A stretch of DNA of 64,000 nt from a virus (lineage: Duplodnaviria; Caudoviricetes): the IMG/VR virus record IMGVR_UViG_3300037453_000316, positions 6,372-70,371 of that record, one strand, 5' to 3'. Both the position numbers and the translations under genes were made by a program. Shown piece after piece: positions 48,388-56,259 of the stretch; position 1 is the stretch's first letter; each line of letters opens with the position of its first letter. The notes below the pieces were generated by a model. It had not been told where the DNA came from and made no database searches. It saw only the letters and a program-made list of their open reading frames with translations.

Positions 48388-49328
48388 AGAGAATAAAGAC
48401 ATATGAGGAATTTATAAACGACAATCTAACAGAATCATCAAAGAGGAACGGTAAGGAAGTTATTGGTTTCAAGGAAGTGGTGGAAATTGTCGGTATCGGA
48501 AATATGAAGGCGAAATTCGACACCGGTAATACGGCCTATTCGGCAATCATAGTACAGGATTATTATGAAAAGGACGGCAAGGTGAAGTTTGAAATCAACA
48601 AAAAGGAATACGAATATCCCGTTGAAAAGCATGTCAGAATATGGCATCACGGAAAATCTACGGAGAGACCCGTGATAAAGGTTGATTTGATTTTCAACGG
48701 AACGACATACAAGGATGAACTTGTTGACTTGAAAATTTCGGATTTGACCGGAACGAAAAATTACAGAAGCAGAATGCTCATTTGCAAGAAGTTTATGGAA
48801 AAGGCCAATGTTCTCATTGACCCGAGCAAGGACTTCAAGCTCACCGATAAGAAAGATATTGACAAACCGAAAAAGAAAAAGAAGAAAATAAACGAAGGTC
48901 TTGAGGAAAACCCCGTATCTATGACCACAAAAGGTACGAGTGACGCCATAGACATAGATTTCAAGATTGGAAGCGATATAATCGGAGGAGCGATTATAAC
49001 ATTCCAGTATATTGACGGTATTATAGATGAATATTTGGAATCCGTAGATGATTTCGATGAAAGCGTTTTCAGAAAATTCGATAGTAACCAGAAACTATAC
49101 AACCTTGAAGACTTCTGGATAAACAAGGATTTCAGGGGAAAAGGTTATTCAAAACTCTGTCTTGAAAGAATGATGGAGAAATACGGAGACAAACAAATGG
49201 TACTCCGTGCCTTTCCGGATGGAGGGGTAGATGAAGACACCCTTGTAAGAATATATAGTAGACACGGTTTTGTTGTGTTGCAACCCACAATGAACGATGG
49301 AACAATAATGGGAAAATTTATAAAATAA
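48384..49328 (+). CDS. RimB-like retropepsin protease fused to a GNAT acetyltransferase; capsid-targeting-like N-terminus
   Basis: MKRIKTYEEFIND..LTES; KAKFDTGN..SAI; linker KKINEG; GNAT motif A FRGKGYS and YSRHGF. Confidence 0.8.
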   Translation: MKRIKTYEEFINDNLTESSKRNGKEVIGFKEVVEIVGIGNMKAKFDTGNTAYSAIIVQDYYEKDGKVKFEINKKEYEYPVEKHVRIWHHGKSTERPVIKVDLIFNGTTYKDELVDLKISDLTGTKNYRSRMLICKKFMEKANVLIDPSKDFKLTDKKDIDKPKKKKKKINEGLEENPVSMTTKGTSDAIDIDFKIGSDIIGGAIITFQYIDGIIDEYLESVDDFDESVFRKFDSNQKLYNLEDFWINKDFRGKGYSKLCLERMMEKYGDKQMVLRAFPDGGVDEDTLVRIYSRHGFVVLQPTMNDGTIMGKFIK

Positions 49329-49340
49329 CAAATAACTATA

Positions 49341-49370
49341 AAAAAGAGTGAGGTTTTCCTCACTCTTTTT
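49341..49370. terminator. Bidirectional intrinsic terminator
   Basis: AAAAAGAGTGAGG-TTTT-CCTCACTCTTTTT. Confidence 0.85.
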
Positions 49371-49764
49371 ATTCTTCCTCATCACAATCCTCTTCATCAT
49401 AACAGTAATCAAGTGCTTCACTGATTAAAGAAAATTCTTCAAAACCAAGAACTCTATTTTCAGAAACAGAAGCTGGTGTGTATATGGCATGTTCCTCGAT
49501 AACACCCATAAACCTTTCTTCTGCAAAACATCTGAAAGATTCCTTTTCCATATCGAAATATGTAACAAAACCTTCTCTTGGTGGTCTCTTTGTACCCGAC
49601 TTTGCGTCAACCGTGCCTATGATAGCGGCGATGATTTTTGGATTTCTCGTTCCGAAAGCGATTCTTGTTGAACCGTCCTTTTTTTCGAAAACAAACTTAA
49701 CTATATCATCACGTAACATTGTTATAAAACTCGATATCGAGACCATTCTTCCTGTTTCTTCCAT
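49369..49764 (-). CDS. DUF2693/WYL-like SH3-fold phage protein
   Basis: VKFVFEKKDGSTRIAFGTRN...VTYFDMEKESFRCF. Confidence 0.75.
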   Translation of the reverse strand: MEETGRMVSISSFITMLRDDIVKFVFEKKDGSTRIAFGTRNPKIIAAIIGTVDAKSGTKRPPREGFVTYFDMEKESFRCFAEERFMGVIEEHAIYTPASVSENRVLGFEEFSLISEALDYCYDEEDCDEEE

Positions 49765-49793
49765 ACTTTAAATTTTATTATATATTATTTATG

Positions 49794-50537
49794 TTAGAAC
49801 AAACCTGATGGTTCAATGTTATCTGAAACTTCCATTATTCTTTTTTTCGCCACTTCAAAATAATTCTCGTCAATTTCACATCCGATGAAACTTCTACCGT
49901 TTTTGACGGCAGCGACACCCGTTGTACCGCTTCCCATAAAACAGTCGAAAACGACATCACCGGTTTTGGTTGAATTTTTAATCATCCTCTCTATAATCGG
50001 TAATGGCTTTATTGTAGGGTGTCCGTATTTTTTCTTATCATCGGAATTGATTGGTGCCATATAGTAAGTCTTTGCGTTTTCATAACGTTCTTTCTCACCG
50101 GTCTGTGACGGGTCACAATAGCCGTTCTTACGAAAATACAGACAATATTCGGTATCGGAAAGGTATTTGTTTTTATATGTCGGTAACGCATTAGGCTTAT
50201 GCCAGCATATTATTTCAAACTTACATCCTAGTTTATTGACATAATAGTTGAAATAATCGGGGATTTGTTTCTTGTTGCACCAGAAATACACATTGATGTT
50301 CTTCATTATCCGCACAATCTCATCACCGATGGTTTCAATATCATACCCGTTGTCTATTTTCAAATCAACGAGGTCAACATTACTTTTGGTGAAGTTCTTT
50401 ACCGCATAAAGTTTACCACCATCGTGGTTCACATCCACATCATAAGGAGGGTCTGTGATTATCAAGTCGATGCTTTTATTCGACATCGACTTCATATATT
50501 TAAGACAGTCTCCTTTATATAGTTCAACACCTTTCAT
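49794..50537 (-). CDS. Beta-class DNA methyltransferase
   Basis: DPPY, HPTIKP, DCFMGSGTT; start moved to MKGVELYKGDCL at 50537. Confidence 0.92.
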   Translation of the reverse strand: MKGVELYKGDCLKYMKSMSNKSIDLIITDPPYDVDVNHDGGKLYAVKNFTKSNVDLVDLKIDNGYDIETIGDEIVRIMKNINVYFWCNKKQIPDYFNYYVNKLGCKFEIICWHKPNALPTYKNKYLSDTEYCLYFRKNGYCDPSQTGEKERYENAKTYYMAPINSDDKKKYGHPTIKPLPIIERMIKNSTKTGDVVFDCFMGSGTTGVAAVKNGRSFIGCEIDENYFEVAKKRIMEVSDNIEPSGLF

Positions 50538-50541
50538 ATTC

Positions 50542-51366
50542 TTATTTTTTAAGAACATAATCCATAATCTTATCGTCAAGTTTAGGTATGTACCTCACTT
50601 CGTATGAACCATCGTCCTTCAACCAGATAAGTCTTCTGTCGATAATTTTCAGACCGACACTTTCAAACATTTTCTGGTATAAGTTAAATTGAAGTGTATA
50701 ATGTGACAAAGCGGTGTCTTTAAAGTCACCCATAGGCGGTTTCATCCTGATGTCGTTCTTCACGGTATATTCCTTTTCAAGTTCCCTGTTGGTTTTCCAG
50801 TCACCTATTACAAAACCACTGTCTTCGGGAAACATCAAGTTCTCCTCATAGAACAGAATGTCAGCCGTTCCACAGATAGGATTTACACCTTCCATATATT
50901 TCGTCGAGAGTTTGAACTCTGCTCCCACTACATACAGTCTCTTGCTCGGGTCGAAGTTCATCTCCGTATAGAACTTCACGATTGCATCTTCTTTCGGATA
51001 TGTGGGAACCAATGTCTTATATTCCTCAATCCACTGTTTCTTGTTCGCTTCACAGATGAGTTCGGGATGACCCGCCATAACATTCGTATAACTTTCTCCA
51101 AACTCGTGTGTCCTTGAACCGGAAATCGTTGACTTCAAGTTTATAAGACGCCAGTTTTTTAATACTTCGTCCTGTGTAAGACCTATCTTTTCTGCATACG
51201 CCTTTGACTTTCCATATTCATCGAAAGGTTGTTCGTATTTCTTGATGATATGTGAAACGGGAGTGTATTCTTTTTCACCAATGAAATATTGATGACCCTC
51301 TTCAATAAAATTGATGTCACCAAATTTCTCGTTCAACATATGTCTCGTTTCTTCTATTATCTTCAT
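50542..51366 (-). CDS. PD-(D/E)XK exonuclease (RecB/Cas4-like fold)
   Basis: GSRTHEF, ICGTADIL, IGDWKTN, YTLQFNLYQ. Confidence 0.85.
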   Translation of the reverse strand: MKIIEETRHMLNEKFGDINFIEEGHQYFIGEKEYTPVSHIIKKYEQPFDEYGKSKAYAEKIGLTQDEVLKNWRLINLKSTISGSRTHEFGESYTNVMAGHPELICEANKKQWIEEYKTLVPTYPKEDAIVKFYTEMNFDPSKRLYVVGAEFKLSTKYMEGVNPICGTADILFYEENLMFPEDSGFVIGDWKTNRELEKEYTVKNDIRMKPPMGDFKDTALSHYTLQFNLYQKMFESVGLKIIDRRLIWLKDDGSYEVRYIPKLDDKIMDYVLKK

Positions 51367-51367
51367 T

Positions 51368-51544
51368 CTATTTTAATTTTATACCGATACCTTTATCCAA
51401 AAAATTCTTTATCTCACGTGCCGTCAACGACATCGGCTGATAGTCGTGGGAATAGTCGGCTCTTCTGCTTCTTTCCTCTTTAATTCCGAACACTTCACAA
51501 TACTTGACCATATCCACATCTACGGCAATCTTTCTTTCACTCAT
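51368..51544 (-). CDS. Small hypothetical protein (58 aa, below the track cut-off)
   Basis: Hand translation MSERKIAVDVDMVKYCEVF...; ATGA overlap with the GroES stop. Confidence 0.65.
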   Translation of the reverse strand: MSERKIAVDVDMVKYCEVFGIKEERSRRADYSHDYQPMSLTAREIKNFLDKGIGIKLK

Positions 51545-51819
51545 ATCTTTCCTATTATCATTTCTTTGTTTATAACTACATATTCAACATCATCCACCTT
51601 GATATACAAACCACCGGTATCACAGAAAGCAATTCTCTCCCCGACATTGTATTCACCATCGGGAACACCTATACTGTCAATCACCCCCGTGTACGGTGCC
51701 GGTATTTCCATTATATTGTCCGACCTTAACGGTTCTGGTAGAATAATACCACCGGTCGATTTATACTCACCGTGGTCTTTGATGACCATAATAACATCAT
51801 TTACAGCGACAAGTCTCAT
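51541..51819 (-). CDS. groES: GroES-like co-chaperonin
   Basis: AVNDVIMV, STGGIILP, GVIDSIG, YNVGERI, 92 aa. Confidence 0.8.
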   Translation of the reverse strand: MRLVAVNDVIMVIKDHGEYKSTGGIILPEPLRSDNIMEIPAPYTGVIDSIGVPDGEYNVGERIAFCDTGGLYIKVDDVEYVVINKEMIIGKI

Positions 51820-52871
51820 TTCTTTTCCTTGTATTTCGTATATAATTCCATCATTCTTTCAAGTCTCTTTCCTTCAATGTCATTGTCCTTGAACCATTCC
51901 TTGACATATTCGTCCGCCGACTTCCTTTCAACCGAGTTCATTTCGTCTTCAGTTCGTTCAATCATTATATCATCATCTACGGTATGGATGGTAAATTCCC
52001 TGAAATAACCGTTAAGTTCATCGGTAATGGTGTTGAATTTACATTGAATCACATCACTCCTCTTGACTGTAAGGTCGATATGGCAGTTGTTCCACTCATC
52101 CTTCAGGTCACCGATAGTCTTGTCGAGAATTTCATATATTGAAAAATCCTTGTATTTCGGAGAATATGTGTTCTCATAGAAGGTTGTCTTTCCACTCTTT
52201 ATATCAAGGATGGTGATACCGCAAGCGTCACCTATCTCACCACGCTTCAACTGATACGGAGAACCGACATAATGGACATTCTTATAGTCTTGTTTCTTGT
52301 GTATATGTCCGGCGAAAACCACAGACTCCTTGAAATTCTTACTGTCTATCGAATTGGCGGACATAGACCTCGAACCCTTCGTATTCAACAGACAACCGTT
52401 GACATCAAGATGACCGAAGATATAATCCACATCCACCGAAGAAAGAAGCTTGTTCTCGTCTTCAAGACTGTTCACCCAAGGGTTAAACAATATTTTCTTT
52501 CCGTCTATGACATCGACTTCGGGCTTCCCGTATACTTTTATGTTAGGTATCCTCTCTATTATCCTTATGGATGTTATGTCATTGGACGACTTGTTGTATA
52601 TGTCGTGGTTTCCTACGATTATGCGTATGTCTTTAAAAATCTCCGAAAGTTTCTCGAATATGTTGATTGTCCTGCATAACGTATTCAATCCCACAGTACT
52701 TCTGTTGTCAAAGACATCACCAAGATGGACGAGTATGTCACCATCCTTGTACTCTTTCTTCATCAAAGGTATTACGACATTTTCGAAATATCCACCCAAA
52801 TCGTCGAGCCATATTTCATCATCGTTCTTATAACCGAAATGGGTATCCGCTAAAAACCAAATTCTACTCAT
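51816..52871 (-). CDS. gp47: Mre11/SbcD-like recombination nuclease
   Basis: ADTHFG, LGDVFD, GNHD, GHL, GHIH, GSPYQ; start moved to MSRIWF at 52871. Confidence 0.9.
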   Translation of the reverse strand: MSRIWFLADTHFGYKNDDEIWLDDLGGYFENVVIPLMKKEYKDGDILVHLGDVFDNRSTVGLNTLCRTINIFEKLSEIFKDIRIIVGNHDIYNKSSNDITSIRIIERIPNIKVYGKPEVDVIDGKKILFNPWVNSLEDENKLLSSVDVDYIFGHLDVNGCLLNTKGSRSMSANSIDSKNFKESVVFAGHIHKKQDYKNVHYVGSPYQLKRGEIGDACGITILDIKSGKTTFYENTYSPKYKDFSIYEILDKTIGDLKDEWNNCHIDLTVKRSDVIQCKFNTITDELNGYFREFTIHTVDDDIMIERTEDEMNSVERKSADEYVKEWFKDNDIEGKRLERMMELYTKYKEKK

Positions 52872-52955
52872 ACAAATAAGTGTAGTCTCATTTAAAATAT
52901 AACAAAAATAAAGGGTGAGAGAATATCTCACCCCTTTTTTTGTACTTCGGTTCTA

Positions 52956-53837
52956 TTATCCGAAAGATACTGGTGAAATGGCAAGTGTTGTCTTTATGCA
53001 ACTCTCTTCATCGAAAGATGAGATTACCATTCTGTTCGGATAGAACTCAATCGTGTAGGATTTGTCGGTATCAACCCATCCGAAGAACTGCTTGTTGAAG
53101 CAAGACAGATAGTCGTCCTTTCCACCGAAGTTTTCATAATCGGAGATGTTGAGTTTCTTACAGTACATCTTTTCACAATTTGAAAATGCCTTGAAAGCGT
53201 TTTCATCATCCTCACGAGCATTCTTGAGGATGTCATTGAGTTCAAGACGTACATTCTCATCGGTTGATTCAACTTCCGACATATACACATCGTCACCATT
53301 CTTCTGGAAGAAGACACGGCAAGATTCACCATTCAGACCAAAGAGGCTCTTCATATACTTGAACTCGTTCTCACTGATACCGAAAGAGAACTGAATGTTG
53401 GTTGTATTGTTGAAGATAGCATTCTTCTTGTCTTCATCGAGAGTAAGGAAGTCGACTGCTTCGGGGTCTGCACAAGGTACATTTACATAACCTTCTCCGG
53501 TATGGATGCAAATCTTTCTTGCAAAGTTGTTATCCTCTATGTCAAATGTTATGTTGACACTTTCACCACCGACAAACTGAAGTACCGACAACAGCTTACT
53601 GGCATCACTGAACTGAATCTTAACAGACTCGTCACCACATTCATTGACATACTCTTCACAGATTTTAGCCAAATCGGATTCAACCGCCTTCAAGCCACTT
53701 CTCTGCTTGTTGTATGCGATTGATTCAAACTCACTACCCTTCACAGTTGTGAAAATCATTTTGTCCATACTTGAACTTCTCTTGATGAGATTTGTGAAAC
53801 CCTTGGTCTCAACATTCTTCAAACTTATTTTTCTCAT
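52956..53837 (-). CDS. Probable DNA sliding clamp (gp45-like)
   Basis: Size, alternating alpha/beta pattern, acidic composition and position next to gp47; no decisive motif. Confidence 0.55.
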   Translation of the reverse strand: MRKISLKNVETKGFTNLIKRSSSMDKMIFTTVKGSEFESIAYNKQRSGLKAVESDLAKICEEYVNECGDESVKIQFSDASKLLSVLQFVGGESVNITFDIEDNNFARKICIHTGEGYVNVPCADPEAVDFLTLDEDKKNAIFNNTTNIQFSFGISENEFKYMKSLFGLNGESCRVFFQKNGDDVYMSEVESTDENVRLELNDILKNAREDDENAFKAFSNCEKMYCKKLNISDYENFGGKDDYLSCFNKQFFGWVDTDKSYTIEFYPNRMVISSFDEESCIKTTLAISPVSFG

Positions 53838-53885
53838 ATAACTAAAATTAAAAATTATTTCTTCTGAATTAAATATAACAAAAAA

Positions 53886-54644
53886 TTACCATAATTGATA
53901 TGATTTATCACTTTTTGTTTTGAATATTCTTGAATTTGCAAGTTTGAAATACTTTTCCGAAATCTCAAACCCAACAAAATTGCAGTTATTTTCTATGGTG
54001 ACAACAGCCGTCGTTCCACTTCCCATAAACGGGTCAAGAACCAAATCACCTTCGTTACAACAACACTTTATGCAGTTGTCAACTATCTTCTCCGGAAACG
54101 GTGCCGGATGATTCTTATCACTCTTCGGAAGTATTGTCCAAATCTCCTTCTGAAACTCCTTATCCAATTTCGACTTGTTGAACTTCGGTTTTCCCTTTGT
54201 TATCCAATATATTCTTTCCGTATTCGGAAGAAATACATCGTTACGGATATTCGGTGAGTTTGTCCTGTCCCATATCAACTCTTGGTACAAGTCAAGACCC
54301 GACTTCAATATCAACCTCATCGGATGATAAACCTTGTTGTCATACCTTATTGGTTTGTGATTGAAGAATATAGAACCACCTTTCTTCAAAACACGGTAAC
54401 ATTCTTTCAATACATTTGATATGAACTCCTCATAGTCTTCTATCGACATATTGTCGTCACACACATCATAGTCTATCGTATATCCTTTCCAGATTGAATT
54501 ACCCGTATTCTCAACTCTTTTTCCACCGTTGAAGAATGTCTTATTGTATGGTGGTGATGTAACTATACAATCGACAGTTTCATCATCAATCATTTTCATA
54601 CCTTCAAGACAATCTTGACGATATATCTTATTGACTTCTACCAT
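53886..54644 (-). CDS. Beta-class N4-cytosine-type methyltransferase
   Basis: TSPPY, HPAPFP, DPFMGSGTT. Confidence 0.92.
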   Translation of the reverse strand: MVEVNKIYRQDCLEGMKMIDDETVDCIVTSPPYNKTFFNGGKRVENTGNSIWKGYTIDYDVCDDNMSIEDYEEFISNVLKECYRVLKKGGSIFFNHKPIRYDNKVYHPMRLILKSGLDLYQELIWDRTNSPNIRNDVFLPNTERIYWITKGKPKFNKSKLDKEFQKEIWTILPKSDKNHPAPFPEKIVDNCIKCCCNEGDLVLDPFMGSGTTAVVTIENNCNFVGFEISEKYFKLANSRIFKTKSDKSYQLW

Positions 54645-55405
54645 AACCGAAATATTTTTTCACTCTTTAATTTATCCAACCTTTTGTTTGCTATCTTGCA
54701 GTACTCCTCACTTATTTCAGTACCGATATATCTCCTGTCAAAGTTTTCACAGACATAACAAGTTGTACCAGCACCCGAAAAAGGGTCGAAGACAATATCG
54801 TTCTTGTATGTGAAAAGTTTCAATATCCTTTCGACAAGTTCCTCGGGAAACATCGCCGGATGACCGAAATCACTCATCCTGTTTTCTGGAGCAATACTCC
54901 ATTTAGCGGTGGTCCATTTCTTGAACTCGTCACCGGTTATGTCTATATTCTCCTTTTCACCTTCGTGTTTCGGATTGCTCTTATAGAAATACTCCACATA
55001 TTCCCAGGTGTATTTCAGATATGGTTTCGATGGACTTTTCCAACTTCCCCAAGCGGTGTATGCACAGTTGTAATTGTTCTTCTCCCACAATATTTCACCA
55101 CCCCAGATAAGACCGAGTTCCATCAAAACTTGTGAAACTATGTGGTGTGTAGGATAGTTCTCAGAGAAAACCGGCTGGACATTCACAAACATTCTTCCAC
55201 CATCCTTTAAAATTCTCACACACTCCTTGAAAATATCGGTAAGAAACTCACGGTATTTCACCGGTTCGAACTTATCATCATAAGTGTCGTAATTTTTTTG
55301 AAACATATAAGGGGGACTTGTTATTATACAGTCGATGGACGAATCATCGATTCTTTTCATAAGCGACAGACAGTCCTCGTTATAAATCTTGTTTAATTCA
55401 ACCAT
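54638..55405 (-). CDS. Beta-class N4-cytosine-type methyltransferase
   Basis: TSPPY, HPAMFP, DPFSGAGTT; start moved to MVELNK at 55405, behind the promoter motif at 55412. Confidence 0.92.
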   Translation of the reverse strand: MVELNKIYNEDCLSLMKRIDDSSIDCIITSPPYMFQKNYDTYDDKFEPVKYREFLTDIFKECVRILKDGGRMFVNVQPVFSENYPTHHIVSQVLMELGLIWGGEILWEKNNYNCAYTAWGSWKSPSKPYLKYTWEYVEYFYKSNPKHEGEKENIDITGDEFKKWTTAKWSIAPENRMSDFGHPAMFPEELVERILKLFTYKNDIVFDPFSGAGTTCYVCENFDRRYIGTEISEEYCKIANKRLDKLKSEKIFRLW

Positions 55406-55424
55406 ATACAGTAAATATAACAAA

Positions 55425-56195
55425 TCAAAACAAACTGACGACAGATTTTTCATCATCTATCCTTCTTGTCGCTTTCTCGAAGTATTCCCTTTCAAGTTCA
55501 AACCCGATGAAATTCCTTTTCTCCCTTATGCAAGCGACTGCGGTTGTACCGCTACCCATACAGTTGTCGAGAACCAAATCACCTTCGTTTGTATATGTCC
55601 TTACTAGATATGATATAAGTTCGACGGGTTTCTGTGTGGGGTGGAATGTCCTGCAATGCTCCTTTTCAACATCTATTATGCTTGTCGGATATTTCATTCC
55701 GGACAAATCGTCTTCTGCAAGCGAAGCGTCAAATTTACCGTAGCACTGGTTTTTCTGTTCACTCTTGACATTTCCACGAGAATGGTTCTTTGCACCCTTC
55801 ACCTTCTGTGGATTGTATGTGGGAAGTTTCTTGTAGAAAACAGCGATGTCCTCGTGGTTACGAAGAGGCATCCTGTTTGAATTTAAGAAACCGGTTGCAC
55901 GGTTTCCTTTTTTCCAGATAAGGTTATACCTCCACATCGAGGGGTTGCTCATCATAAGTTGTGCGGTGAACATACCTTGGCAAAACAATACTATTGCACC
56001 ATTGTCCTTTATAATCCTGTTATATTGTTCCCACAACTTGTCAAACGGTATTATCGTGTCCCATCTTGCACTTTCGTTTGTTTTGTTTAAAACATTATAG
56101 GGCAAATCACAGATGATACAGTCTATCGAACCGTCATCTATTCCTTTCATACCTTCAAGACAATCTTCGTTATATATTCTATTAAGTTCCAACAT
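55425..56195 (-). CDS. Beta-class DNA methyltransferase
   Basis: DLPY, HPTQKP, DNCMGSGTT. Confidence 0.92.
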   Translation of the reverse strand: MLELNRIYNEDCLEGMKGIDDGSIDCIICDLPYNVLNKTNESARWDTIIPFDKLWEQYNRIIKDNGAIVLFCQGMFTAQLMMSNPSMWRYNLIWKKGNRATGFLNSNRMPLRNHEDIAVFYKKLPTYNPQKVKGAKNHSRGNVKSEQKNQCYGKFDASLAEDDLSGMKYPTSIIDVEKEHCRTFHPTQKPVELISYLVRTYTNEGDLVLDNCMGSGTTAVACIREKRNFIGFELEREYFEKATRRIDDEKSVVSLF

Positions 56196-56259
56196 ACTCT
56201 AAATATAACAAAAAAGGGAAGATTTTTTCTTCCCTTTCTTTTTTTACCTTTATCTTTTT

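Noticed and set aside
50542-51366. Cas4 / CRISPR adaptation gene
   Set aside because: PD-(D/E)XK fold, but no four-Cys Fe-S motif, no array and no cas neighbours.
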